This document shows positions 19,274 through 28,849 of a DNA stretch of 64,000 bases, one piece after another. A model generated the notes under the pieces. That model made no database searches and was not told the origin of the DNA. It saw only the letters and a list, made by a program, of their open reading frames with translations. Each line of letters starts with the position of its first letter. The stretch's first letter is position 1. The position numbers were made by a program, and so were the translations under genes. The DNA comes from Chitinophagaceae bacterium (GTDB taxonomy: Bacteria > Bacteroidota > Bacteroidia > Chitinophagales > Chitinophagaceae), in assembly GCA_947455605.1 (NCBI GenBank), contig CANGOX010000008.1, positions 112-64,111 of the forward strand, given 5' to 3'.

Positions 19274-20314
19274 TTACATGATCTCCCAAACCTCTTTACC
19301 ACGGAGCAGTTTGTCAAGATCGCCCTTGCCTTTACTTGCAATGGTTTCTTCGATCTGCAGGCTCATGATATCTTCATAACAAGGTCTGTCTGTTTCAAAG
19401 AATACACCAAACGGACGAGGAAAATGTCCATCAGGCTTGGTTGGATCATCAAATAAGCGGATCAGGATCTGTGCTTTATAAAAATCTTTTTCATCGTGGA
19501 TCCAAAGGTCATCTGCGCTTACCCCATTACCTAATTCAACCACAACAGGTTTCAGTCCATCAATTTTAATGCCTTTGTTTTGGTTCGCACCAAAGATCAA
19601 TGGTTTACCCTGCTCCAGAAATAAGGTTTCTTCCTGTTTGGTTCCTTTCTCTGTAAAGATCTCAAATGCACCATCATTAAAGATGTTACAGTTCTGATAG
19701 ATCTCCAGGAAAGAGGATCCTTTATGCTGATAAGAACGGGTAAGCATGCTCTGCAGGTGTTTCGGGTCACGGTCCATACTGCGTGCAATAAAACTTGCAT
19801 CAGCACCCATGGCCAATGCCAATGGATTGAACGGATGATCGATACTTCCAAAAGGTGTACTCTTGGTTACTTTATGTACTTCTGAAGTAGGTGAATATTG
19901 TCCTTTGGTTAAACCATAGATCTGGTTATTGAACACCAGCATATTCACATCAAAATTTCTTCTCAGTAAATGAATGGTATGGTTACCCCCAATGCTCAGG
20001 CTGTCTCCATCACCGGAAACGATCCAAACGCTGAGTTCAGGACGGGCAGCTTTCAAACCACTGGCGATCGCTGTTGCGCGGCCATGGATCGAGTGCATAC
20101 CATAGGTGTTCATATAATACGGAAATCGGCTGCTGCAGCCGATACCGCTGATGATCACGATATTTTCTTTCGGGATACCGATACCCGGCATCACTTTCTG
20201 AACCTGTGCAAGTATGGAATAATCCCCACAACCCGGGCACCAGCGTACTTCCTGGTCGGTAGCAAAATCCTTAGCAGTTAAAAGAGGTGCCGCTTGTGTT
20301 AATGTTTCTGACAT
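19274..20314 (-). CDS. korB: 2-oxoglutarate/2-oxoacid:ferredoxin oxidoreductase, beta (TPP-binding) subunit
   Basis: RWCPGCGDYSIL N-terminus. TPP motif VSGDGDSLSIGGNH...NNQIYGLTKGQ. Confidence 0.9.
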   Translation of the reverse strand: MSETLTQAAPLLTAKDFATDQEVRWCPGCGDYSILAQVQKVMPGIGIPKENIVIISGIGCSSRFPYYMNTYGMHSIHGRATAIASGLKAARPELSVWIVSGDGDSLSIGGNHTIHLLRRNFDVNMLVFNNQIYGLTKGQYSPTSEVHKVTKSTPFGSIDHPFNPLALAMGADASFIARSMDRDPKHLQSMLTRSYQHKGSSFLEIYQNCNIFNDGAFEIFTEKGTKQEETLFLEQGKPLIFGANQNKGIKIDGLKPVVVELGNGVSADDLWIHDEKDFYKAQILIRLFDDPTKPDGHFPRPFGVFFETDRPCYEDIMSLQIEETIASKGKGDLDKLLRGKEVWEIM

Positions 20315-20325
20315 GGCGAAAGGCT

Positions 20326-20422
20326 AAAAAATTAGTAATTAATAGTTAATAATTAGTAATTGAACTATCTAAATCGGTCACAAATATCCTAATAAATTAG
20401 TAATTACTAACTACTAATTATG
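20326..20422. repeat. AT-only stutter repeats (AATTAGTAATT family)
   Basis: attagtaatt occurs 3 times in direct orientation (20331, 20352, 20396), and taattactaactactaatta carries inverted copies. Located between korB and the CMD gene. Confidence 0.75.
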
Positions 20423-20795
20423 AATTCCCCATAAGTTCTTCCCAATATTCAGCCGCCCTGCGGGTATGCGGTATCACAATGGTTCCTCCCACAATATTGG
20501 CTACGGCAAAGATCTCATACATCTCCTCGGTATTTACCCCCAGTTCGTGGCTCTTGCCCAGGTGGTATTTAATGCAGTCATCACAGCGCAAAACCATACT
20601 GGCTACCAATCCCAGCATTTCCTTGGTCTTTTTATCCAGGGCACCCTCGGCATAGGTATTGGTGTCGAGGTTCCAGAGACGTTTCATCACCAGATTGTCC
20701 TTACTCAGGATCACCTCATTCATTTTTTCGCGGTATTCATTGAATTCTTTCACTAATTGGCTCATATATGAAAAATTTAGGGGGTAAAAGTACAA
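20418..20795 (-). CDS. Carboxymuconolactone decarboxylase/AhpD-like family protein
   Basis: CxxC motif RCDDCIKYH in a CMD-sized (125 aa) helical protein. Confidence 0.8.
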   Translation of the reverse strand: MYFYPLNFSYMSQLVKEFNEYREKMNEVILSKDNLVMKRLWNLDTNTYAEGALDKKTKEMLGLVASMVLRCDDCIKYHLGKSHELGVNTEEMYEIFAVANIVGGTIVIPHTRRAAEYWEELMGNS

Positions 20796-20812
20796 ATAAG
20801 CTTACACCCCAT

Positions 20813-20906
20813 ACTAAAGTCCTAAAAGGAGAATTGAGAAGCCCCCTTTCCCCGCTTTTAAAAGTGGGGGTGTACGCATAAATAATTTTCCATTCAGGAC
20901 TTTAGT
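20813..20906. repeat. Nested palindromes in a divergent promoter gap
   Basis: Outer arms actaaagtcct (20813-20823) and aggactttagt (20896-20906), 11/11. Inner arms ccccgctttt/aaaagtgggg (20850-20869). Confidence 0.65.
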
Positions 20907-20957
20907 GCCGCGTGTGCATGGCATTTCTTTGTATTTTGACCATCCAAACACTTACTT

Positions 20958-23105
20958 ATGAAGAAACTATTACTCTTGCTGATTCTCTGTCCGGCTCAGC
21001 TTCTGTTCGCTCAATCCGACCTGATCAAGGTAACCGATATGCTCAAGATCAAGGCACTGAGTGGGGTAAGCATCAGTCCCGACGGCAGCAAAGCTGTATT
21101 TGTGGTAAATAATATCGAACCCGATGGCGACAGCAAGCTGGAATACAAATACCTGAACCAGCTCTATGTAGTGGCCACCGATGGCTCATCTGCCCCCAAA
21201 CCCCTAACTGCTAAAGAAGGCGCTTCGCAACCTGCCTGGAGCCCGGATGGCAAGCAACTGGCTTTTGTAAGGGCCGTTGATGGAAAGCCACAGATCTTCC
21301 TTTTGTCGTTCGATGGGGGCGAGCCGATGCAGTTAACCAAATTTAAATACGGTGCCGGCTCACCCAAATGGAGTCCGGATGGAAAAAAGATCGTTTTCGC
21401 TTCCAGCATCACTTTGAAAGAGCTGTTAAAGGATACCGACCTCAACCCTAAAAAAGAGGTACCCAAATGGCCATATGAAAAACCGGGATTTGATGATAAT
21501 AGCCAGTTAAAGACCAGTACCGCTAAAGCAGATCCTGATGGAAACTGGGATGAGGTACGTGCCTATTTAGAGAACAATGCTACCGACAAAAAAGCCAAAG
21601 TGATCACCAAACTGAATTTCCAGGAAGAGTCTACCACTTCATCAGAAATATCGTTCAATCATTTTTTCGTTACCGGCATTGATGCTGCAGCACAACCGGT
21701 TGCTTTAACACATGGCTTTTATCGTTTTAACGGAATTGAGTTTACCCCCGATGGAAAACAACTGATCATTACAGGAGATGTGGATGATAAACAACATCCG
21801 GACCGTTCATTAGAAAGTGAAATATTTATCACTGATGCTGATGGGGGAAATATGCGGATGATTTTAGGTGCAGAAGGAAAAACCTATAATAGTGCTAAAC
21901 TTTCTCCTTCCGGTAAATGGCTGGCTTTTCAATATGGAAATACTTCTTTTGTAGATGTACCCACCCTTGCCATCATGCCTTTAAATGGCAATAGTAAAGA
22001 CATTGTAAACATTCCATACGACAGGGCCAAAGGAAATATTACCTGGAGCAATGATGAAAAATATATTTACTTCTCTGCACAGAGCAATGGCGGACAACCT
22101 GTTTACCGCGCCGATGTAAAGACCAAACAGGTAGAAGCTTTGAGCGATGTGAATTCCGGCGTGATAAGTTTTGACCTAAGAAATAATACCCTCGTTTTTG
22201 TAAAAACAGAAGTGGCCAATCCTTTTGAAATATATACAAGTGATGCTTCTTTAAAAAATGCAAAACGTATCAGCAGCTTCAATTATGATTGGGTAAAAAA
22301 TAAAAAACTAAGTTTTCCTGAAAAGAGAAGTTTTGTGAATGAGAAAGGATTGACGATCGAATACTGGATCATGAAGCCTGCCAATTTTGAAGCAGGCAAA
22401 AAATATCCAACCATTCTTGATATTCATGGCGGGCCAACAGCCATGTGGGGACCGGGCGAAACCTCTATGTGGCATGAGTTCCAGTATTATGCTGCCAAAG
22501 GATATGTGGTGGTTTACGGAAACCCACGCGGATCCGGTGGTTACGGTGCAGAATTTTTACGTTCCAATATCAATGATTGGGGAACCGGGCCCACAGCTGA
22601 CGTTTTAACCTATTTAGATAAAGCAGGTGCCGATGGTTTTATCGACACATCCAAACTGGCTGTTACCGGCGGTTCTTATGCCGGCTATTTAGTAGCCTGG
22701 ATCGTGGGCCATGATCAACGTTTCAAAGCAGCTTGCTCACAGCGCGGTGTATATGATCTCGGAACTTTCTTCGGTGAAGGAAATGCATGGCGTTTAGTGC
22801 CTAACTATTTCGGTGGCTATCCTTGGGAAACAGCAACCAAAGCCATACTGGAAAGAGAATCCCCAATTACTTATGTAAATAATATTCATACCCCCTATAT
22901 CATCTTTCACGGAGAAAATGATCTGAGAACCGGTGTGATACAGGGAGAAATGTTATACCGTAGTTTAAAAATATTGGGAAGAACGGTGGAATATGTTCGA
23001 CACCCCGGCGGCACACATGAATTAACCAGAAGCGGTAATAATCGACAACGTATCGATCAAATGTTACGTACGATTGAGTTCTTCGAGAGATTCATTAAAC
23101 ACTAG
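20958..23105 (+). CDS. S9 family serine peptidase with N-terminal TolB-like beta-propeller
   Basis: Signal peptide, repeated SPDG(S/K) propeller motifs, nucleophile elbow GGSYAGY, C-terminal HGENDLR / HPGGTHE. Confidence 0.9.
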   Translation: MKKLLLLLILCPAQLLFAQSDLIKVTDMLKIKALSGVSISPDGSKAVFVVNNIEPDGDSKLEYKYLNQLYVVATDGSSAPKPLTAKEGASQPAWSPDGKQLAFVRAVDGKPQIFLLSFDGGEPMQLTKFKYGAGSPKWSPDGKKIVFASSITLKELLKDTDLNPKKEVPKWPYEKPGFDDNSQLKTSTAKADPDGNWDEVRAYLENNATDKKAKVITKLNFQEESTTSSEISFNHFFVTGIDAAAQPVALTHGFYRFNGIEFTPDGKQLIITGDVDDKQHPDRSLESEIFITDADGGNMRMILGAEGKTYNSAKLSPSGKWLAFQYGNTSFVDVPTLAIMPLNGNSKDIVNIPYDRAKGNITWSNDEKYIYFSAQSNGGQPVYRADVKTKQVEALSDVNSGVISFDLRNNTLVFVKTEVANPFEIYTSDASLKNAKRISSFNYDWVKNKKLSFPEKRSFVNEKGLTIEYWIMKPANFEAGKKYPTILDIHGGPTAMWGPGETSMWHEFQYYAAKGYVVVYGNPRGSGGYGAEFLRSNINDWGTGPTADVLTYLDKAGADGFIDTSKLAVTGGSYAGYLVAWIVGHDQRFKAACSQRGVYDLGTFFGEGNAWRLVPNYFGGYPWETATKAILERESPITYVNNIHTPYIIFHGENDLRTGVIQGEMLYRSLKILGRTVEYVRHPGGTHELTRSGNNRQRIDQMLRTIEFFERFIKH

Positions 23106-23109
23106 CAGT

Positions 23110-23192
23110 ATTTTGGAATTTTGAAATTGCCAATTTTGGAATCTATACTTAGTTAATCAATTTCAAAATCTGCAATTTCAAAATTCCAAAAT
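23110..23192. repeat. Stutter palindrome (TTGGAATTTTGAAATTG words) between convergent genes
   Basis: attttggaattttgaaattg (23110-23129) pairs 20/20 with caatttcaaaattccaaaat (23173-23192). Confidence 0.9.
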
Positions 23193-24361
23193 CATTTTAC
23201 CGCTTTCAGCCAGTCAGTTATCGCCAACACCACTTTCTTTGCCACATCTTCCTGAAACTGTGTTTTGATGATCTTCTTCTCATCATCTTCATTACTCAAA
23301 AACGCGATCTCTAATAAACTGTTGGGGAAATCAGTTGGGGCATTCAAGGCAAAATTGAAATTACCAACGTTACCAAATTCTTCCAGTTTCAATTCCAGCA
23401 TCCTGCTCAGGATAGCTTGTGTTAAAGGGCGAAAGCCGATATGTTTATAATAGGTGCTCACCCCTTTTACCTGTGCATTATTGCTTGAGTTCAAATGCAG
23501 GCTGATCGAAAAATCAGGGTTTTGCTGTTGCAGAAATAAAATACGGTCTTTATTATCGAATGTAGTGTCGATGGTACGTGTCATGATCACTTTTTTCACA
23601 CCTTTCTTTTTCAATGCCTTCTCCAAAGCTTTTGCAAATAGTAAGGTGTAATATTTTTCTTCATATTTGGCATATACACCACCTGTTCCTGCGTTGGTTC
23701 CGCCATGACCTGCATCAATCGCGATCGTAAGGTTTTTAAAATCCAGTTTCTCCGGTTGTCTTTTGATCTTTACTACCAGGTTCCTGCCTTTATACCCAAT
23801 ACTGTAACCCCAATGCTGGCGATGTTGCAATTCTATCGTTACCCGAACCACATCATCCTCAATTTGATTATAATAAACATTTTTAACCTCCTTCAACGAT
23901 TTTAACTGTGTGATCCAATTCGTATTACTCTGCACCCCAAAGATCTCCACAATGATCTTGGATGGATTTACTTCCATATAACTTTTATACGGCAAATGTT
24001 CTTCCATGCTGATACCTACATAATCAAAAGCAGAATCTCCTTTTACACTGAATGAATTGGTGAGGTAGTAAGCTTTGTCTTTTTGTGCGCTATCCGGTTT
24101 GATATAGGCTTTATCAATATAAGCCGTATGGTATTTAGATAACAGCACACTATACATGTCTTTTGTAGAGTCTATTACACGCAATAAAATATTGGTGTCT
24201 ATATACCCCATCTTGGCGCCACCCAACCGGTCTTCGCCAAGACCATAAGAAAGTGCAGGCAGTTTGCCGGTAGACCGTGTTAATCTATAATTTGGGTATG
24301 TAATTTGCGCAGTGGCGGTAAATACCATCAGCACCAGACAGATAAAAATGGAGGGTTTCAT
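23192..24361 (-). CDS. N-acetylmuramoyl-L-alanine amidase (Amidase_3) with an N-terminal extra domain
   Basis: IAIDAGHGG, SLHLNS and LLEIAFLSNEDD motifs, plus a signal peptide. Confidence 0.85.
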   Translation of the reverse strand: MKPSIFICLVLMVFTATAQITYPNYRLTRSTGKLPALSYGLGEDRLGGAKMGYIDTNILLRVIDSTKDMYSVLLSKYHTAYIDKAYIKPDSAQKDKAYYLTNSFSVKGDSAFDYVGISMEEHLPYKSYMEVNPSKIIVEIFGVQSNTNWITQLKSLKEVKNVYYNQIEDDVVRVTIELQHRQHWGYSIGYKGRNLVVKIKRQPEKLDFKNLTIAIDAGHGGTNAGTGGVYAKYEEKYYTLLFAKALEKALKKKGVKKVIMTRTIDTTFDNKDRILFLQQQNPDFSISLHLNSSNNAQVKGVSTYYKHIGFRPLTQAILSRMLELKLEEFGNVGNFNFALNAPTDFPNSLLEIAFLSNEDDEKKIIKTQFQEDVAKKVVLAITDWLKAVK

Positions 24362-24502
24362 CCCTTGAAGATAAAAAGATAAAAGCGATACCGGACCTTT
24401 CGTTAAAAAAAATTGGGGAAGTAAGAATACTCCCCCGCTCCCTTAGTTAATCTAAAATGCCCGTTCGCGTTAAGCGAGCCAGCATTCATGTTGCCGCCGG
24501 GA

Positions 24503-25786
24503 TCAATCATATTTTTTCATCTTACGCGAGATCCAGAAATCGCGATAACTGAGTGTAAGATTGAATTGCGTGTAATTTTCTTTGATCAGGCTGTTATTGG
24601 TGGTACCACGGGTCCCCAATTCAAGTGCCCCTTGCAGGCCAAACCCGCTTCTGGCTAATTGAACACCCGCACCAAAAGTGAGTCCATAATCACTTAACTG
24701 TTGACCGGCTATCTTCAAATAAGAATCGCTGTAAAACACACCTCCCTGAAAAAAATATTTTTCAACTGCTCCGTTGATATAGTGCAGTTTTTTTGAATAC
24801 TCAGCACCCGCACTGAAACGCCGGCTGTTTACCAATGAATAATTGATCCCCTTGTAATTCTGGTTACTCCATCCTTCAAAATGATAATCAGCCGCAAATG
24901 TGTACGTGTCATCCAGAACTGCTGCTATACCCCCACTATAGGTAAGAGGAATGGTAAAATAATTCGATTTGTAATATTCATTGTTAATAACAACCGAGCT
25001 TCCATCCGTTACCAATAGTCCATAATCTGCTGTTAGTTTTGTTTTATTGGAGATCGTGGCACCAATGGCTATACTTAATTTCTTACTCAGTTTGGTTTTG
25101 TACTGCATGCCTAACTTAAATTGAACATTACCGAGAAAAATATTTCTGGTAGTGGTTAATACACTATCCGCGATATCTGAAGAAATCGTTTCTTTTTCCT
25201 GTAACTGCCCAAATAGATAGGAGGCCTGAACACCTACTGATAAATTTTTACTGATGGCAAAACTATTTGCCACATAGAACTGGTTTATGCTGCCCGATCC
25301 TTCGTAATATGCATCTGTTGTTAAATTACTGCCCTGTATGGTCTTTGTGGCATTGAATGAATAATTGGCGGTACTGTATGGTGTTAATCCAACACTCAAA
25401 GCCCATCTAGGTCTTATCTTAATAGCCAGCACAGCTTTTTTAAACTGTATATCGGATGACTGACTTTGTGTAGGATCTGTAATGGGTTTACCAATATAGT
25501 TCACAGATTTATAGCGGTTGGCCACTTCAAAATAAAAGAAATGCTCATCCAGTCCGCTATACGATGCCGGATTAGCCTGGTAGAGGTAACGATTTGATGA
25601 TAAAGCCAATCCCGCATGCCCCATACCCGAGGTTCGGTCGAAACTGCTTTTCTCTATATCGCCGATACCAATGATAGAATAAGGAGAAGTATTGTTTTGT
25701 GCGCCCGCCTGCGACAGCCATCCGGCAAAAAAGATCAACAATGTATAATACGGTTTCATTATGTTCATTTTATTGTACAGCAGCAT
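24503..25786 (-). CDS. Putative outer-membrane beta-barrel protein
   Basis: Signal peptide (..GWLSQAGAQ), then alternating amphipathic strands rich in Y/G/S/N. The real start is probably ATG 25768 or 25759, which removes the overlap with the upstream gene. Confidence 0.6.
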   Translation of the reverse strand: MLLYNKMNIMKPYYTLLIFFAGWLSQAGAQNNTSPYSIIGIGDIEKSSFDRTSGMGHAGLALSSNRYLYQANPASYSGLDEHFFYFEVANRYKSVNYIGKPITDPTQSQSSDIQFKKAVLAIKIRPRWALSVGLTPYSTANYSFNATKTIQGSNLTTDAYYEGSGSINQFYVANSFAISKNLSVGVQASYLFGQLQEKETISSDIADSVLTTTRNIFLGNVQFKLGMQYKTKLSKKLSIAIGATISNKTKLTADYGLLVTDGSSVVINNEYYKSNYFTIPLTYSGGIAAVLDDTYTFAADYHFEGWSNQNYKGINYSLVNSRRFSAGAEYSKKLHYINGAVEKYFFQGGVFYSDSYLKIAGQQLSDYGLTFGAGVQLARSGFGLQGALELGTRGTTNNSLIKENYTQFNLTLSYRDFWISRKMKKYD

Positions 25787-27092
25787 ATACGATCAACAAT
25801 TCCATTTTACCATTTGTATTCAAGCCATTGCCCATGGTTAATCTTCCGAATTCTGTTTCCAGTGCCGGACTGCTGGGTATCAGTAATAAACCATTTTGAT
25901 TGATCGTTCCGTCTGTAATCGTGCCTTTGAAGAATCTGGTGAGATCGTATGCGTAATTGGTCGTCTCACCGTATAAAAAATCCACCTGCAGATCGCCCGT
26001 TTGCGTAATTGCCGATCCAGTACTGCTTACAGAAACAATATCAGCACCTATCTGGTTCAATTGTGTGGTGGTTGCCAAACGCAAAGCAGGTGGTAAAAAA
26101 TAGAAGGGACCGTATGATCCCCGAACGGGTCTTATTATCAAAGTAGCTTTTAAGATCTTAGCAAAATTGGGCAGCTTTAACAGGTCTCTTATCGTAGGAA
26201 AACGGAGTTTAGCCATAGCGCCTGCGGCATACAGCGTGTAAGCAGTATTTCCAGTGGCATTGCTATTGATCTGTTTCTGCGTAGCCAGATCTTTTAAAGG
26301 TGTGGCAGACCTGTCTACATTGATATTGTTGAAATGATGGTTCTTATTGGCAAGGTAAAAATCCCATGTCCTGTTCTGAGAATACAGACCGGGCTGTTTG
26401 TAATGAAGTCGCATGATCACACTATCCTTGCAACCAAAGATCATTGAACTTCTGGCACCTGAACTGATGCGAAGTCCATAAAAATATTGCAGGAATGCAT
26501 TACTGGTCTGCATATCTGCATCATTCGGATCCTGTAATTTTTTCAGCAATTCTCTTCCGAGATTATCATTCAACCGAATGGTGATCGAATCGGTCTGGTT
26601 AGGCCGCACCATCACATCGGCTGAGCCGATAGGTGTAGGTAATACGGCGAACTGTCTTGTGTTATAAATATTCAAAAGGTTATCATCAAACCCCACAATA
26701 GGTTCGCCTACGCGGTTTACATCAATATGAACGGGCTTACTGCTATCGCCGTAATAAGATTTATTAGGCCGCAGAACCAATGTGAGTGAATCATAAGTGG
26801 TTCCCGCAAAAGAATCTACATAAGCAGGAGGTGTTATCTCCAGAAAATTATTGATCGTGATCTGTCCAAAAGCAGGATCATTATGTGCGCCCACCAGGGT
26901 AACCCCTTTAGCAGAAGTGATAAAAGAATCTACATACACCGTAGATACATCTACAGCAAATGAATCTACCTTGATCACCTGCGTGTACCCATTATCAAGA
27001 AACTGGTCGCCAAATTGTATATCCACCTTTTTACAGGCGAAGCATACAACAGAAATAAACAAGATTAACCAGGGTTGTATTTTTTGGGGCAT
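25770..27092 (-). CDS. DUF4270-family lipoprotein
   Basis: Lipobox-like VVCFAC. The N-terminal pattern (FGDQFLDNGYTQ...VDSF...DPAFG) matches my memory of DUF4270. Co-oriented with and abutting the barrel gene. Confidence 0.6.
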   Translation of the reverse strand: MPQKIQPWLILFISVVCFACKKVDIQFGDQFLDNGYTQVIKVDSFAVDVSTVYVDSFITSAKGVTLVGAHNDPAFGQITINNFLEITPPAYVDSFAGTTYDSLTLVLRPNKSYYGDSSKPVHIDVNRVGEPIVGFDDNLLNIYNTRQFAVLPTPIGSADVMVRPNQTDSITIRLNDNLGRELLKKLQDPNDADMQTSNAFLQYFYGLRISSGARSSMIFGCKDSVIMRLHYKQPGLYSQNRTWDFYLANKNHHFNNINVDRSATPLKDLATQKQINSNATGNTAYTLYAAGAMAKLRFPTIRDLLKLPNFAKILKATLIIRPVRGSYGPFYFLPPALRLATTTQLNQIGADIVSVSSTGSAITQTGDLQVDFLYGETTNYAYDLTRFFKGTITDGTINQNGLLLIPSSPALETEFGRLTMGNGLNTNGKMELLIVYAAVQ

Positions 27093-27236
27093 CAGTATTC
27101 GATTGTATTACGTCAAAACAAATAGTCCTTTGCAGAACGGCCACAATAATAGACAGGGAGCCTGTTAGAGAATTGTTAGTATGGATTAATGTATGCTTTG
27201 CAACGATGAGTGAAATGAATTTATCTGCGAGTATTA

Positions 27237-27311
27237 CGTGAGCCGTAAATCGTTAGTCGTGAGAAAAAAATCAGAGAAAAAATACGCAAGACTGACGATT
27301 CACAACTCACG
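27237..27311. repeat. Imperfect stutter palindrome, CGTGAG family
   Basis: cgtgagccgtaaatcgttagtcgtgag pairs with ctgacgattcacaactcacg, upstream of the Kelch gene. Confidence 0.6.
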
Positions 27312-27421
27312 AAAATTGTTCGCAGATAAAAAACACGCATTCGTCTTTGATTCTTTATCGAAAATCCATTTTAACGATTTAGCGAAAGCGCGGAAAGATA
27401 ATTTCAGCCAAAATTTTACAC

Positions 27422-28459
27422 ATGAATCGATTAAAGTACTATTTCTTTTTACCGGCAAGTTTTGTTCTGATTTTATTTTCCTGCTCAAAAAGCAGTACCA
27501 CAACCGACCCTACCAGCAGCAGCGGCAACTGGTTAAAACGTTCTGAATTTGAAGGTAACGGCCGTACAGAAGCCGTTTCATTTACTATAGGAGATACAGC
27601 ATATATTGGTACCGGTTTCGATGGCACCAACCGTTACACTGATTTCTGGGCATACGATCCAGTAAAGAATTTCTGGTTGCAAAGAGCACAGTTTCCAGGT
27701 AAGGCAAGAAATTCTGCCACTGCTTTTACTGTTGGCACCAAAGGATATATCACCACCGGTTATGACGGATTGAACAGATTAAGCGACACCTGGGAATATA
27801 ATCCCGCAACCAATAGCTGGGTACAAAAAGCAGATTTTGCCGGCACTGCCCGATATGATGCCGTTGGATTTGGCATAAATGATAAAGGCTATGTTACCAC
27901 AGGATTTGATGGCGGCTATACAAAAGACCTTTGGGAATTCACACCTAGCGGCGGCACCAACAACAGCGGTGTATGGACGCAGAAAACAAGTCTTGGCGGA
28001 AGCAAACGTTCCGGTGCCATTGCCTGGGTATATAACAACAAAGCATATTTGCTCACCGGCATCAACAATGGAAATACCGTGAGTGATTTCTGGGTTTTTG
28101 ATCCGGCCATTTCGGGTGGCACCTGGACACAGCTCAGGGATATCTCCAATACCAGCACAGATACCTATGACGATGATTACTCAGATATCATCCGAAGCAA
28201 TGCAGTTGGATTTGTACTTGGCAGCAAGGGTTATGTAAGTGTGGGTGAGAATGGATCTTATACCAAAAAGACATGGGAATATGATTTTGCGAGTGATAGC
28301 TGGACAAGGAAAACCACCTATGAACGTTCCGAAAGAACCGGCGCTGTTGGTTTTACCGTAAAAGGGAGATCCTTCATTGCCACCGGCAGAAACAGCACCT
28401 ATTACTGGGATGATATTGATGAATTTCAACCTGATGTAACTTATAATTCCAATGATTAG
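27422..28459 (+). CDS. Kelch-type six-bladed beta-propeller lipoprotein
   Basis: Lipobox LFSC. Six repeats of the form Y(I/V)xTG(F/Y)DG...W(E/A)Y(D/N)P..N.W. Confidence 0.8.
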   Translation: MNRLKYYFFLPASFVLILFSCSKSSTTTDPTSSSGNWLKRSEFEGNGRTEAVSFTIGDTAYIGTGFDGTNRYTDFWAYDPVKNFWLQRAQFPGKARNSATAFTVGTKGYITTGYDGLNRLSDTWEYNPATNSWVQKADFAGTARYDAVGFGINDKGYVTTGFDGGYTKDLWEFTPSGGTNNSGVWTQKTSLGGSKRSGAIAWVYNNKAYLLTGINNGNTVSDFWVFDPAISGGTWTQLRDISNTSTDTYDDDYSDIIRSNAVGFVLGSKGYVSVGENGSYTKKTWEYDFASDSWTRKTTYERSERTGAVGFTVKGRSFIATGRNSTYYWDDIDEFQPDVTYNSND

Positions 28460-28787
28460 AAAAAACTGGGTGTATCTCCTGTTCGGCTTTTCGGTGATCC
28501 TGTTTGCAGTAAGCAGGTTCACCGGAAAGATCGGGCATGACCGTAACAAAGAAATACAACTCTCCCTACAAACCTTTCAAAGCCACGCCGGTTGGGGATA
28601 TGATATCTACACCAACGATACACTTTATATCCACCAGGAATTCATCCCCGCTGCAGAAGGCAGAAAAGGTTTTGTTTCAAAAGAAGAAGCTGCTAAGATC
28701 GGCCAACTGGCCATCACAAAACTGAAGTACAGTAAACTACCGGTGATCACCCTTGCGGAAATAGACAGTTGCGGTATTACCCGATAA
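28452..28787 (+). CDS. DUF4907-family protein (N-terminal anchor)
   Basis: GWGYDIY...IHQEFIPA..G.KGF.SKEEA motif. ATG overlaps the Kelch stop by 8 nt, suggesting translational coupling. Confidence 0.7.
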   Translation: MIRKNWVYLLFGFSVILFAVSRFTGKIGHDRNKEIQLSLQTFQSHAGWGYDIYTNDTLYIHQEFIPAAEGRKGFVSKEEAAKIGQLAITKLKYSKLPVITLAEIDSCGITR

Positions 28788-28788
28788 A

Positions 28789-28841
28789 GAAACTGCGCCT
28801 CTGCGTGAAAATGTTCCCACAAGGCACAAAGGCGCAGTTTC
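28789..28841. repeat. Palindrome (GCAAAGGCGC family); bidirectional terminator
   Basis: The core aaactgcgcc/ggcgcagttt is 10/10, within gaaactgcgcctctgcgtg ... cacaaaggcgcagtttc. Confidence 0.75.
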
Positions 28842-28849
28842 TATTTTAA

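Noticed and set aside
20418-20795. The small gene upstream of korB might be a truncated korA remnant.
   Set aside because: Its sequence is a complete AhpD/CMD-type domain (CxxC, about 125 aa) with no similarity to the KorA N- or C-terminal domains that I can see.
27238-27546. 102-aa + strand ORF upstream of, and overlapping, the Kelch gene start.
   Set aside because: It is Lys/Arg-rich and low-complexity, spans the CGTGAG palindrome, overlaps the well-supported lipoprotein signal peptide of the Kelch gene in another frame, and has no domain signal.
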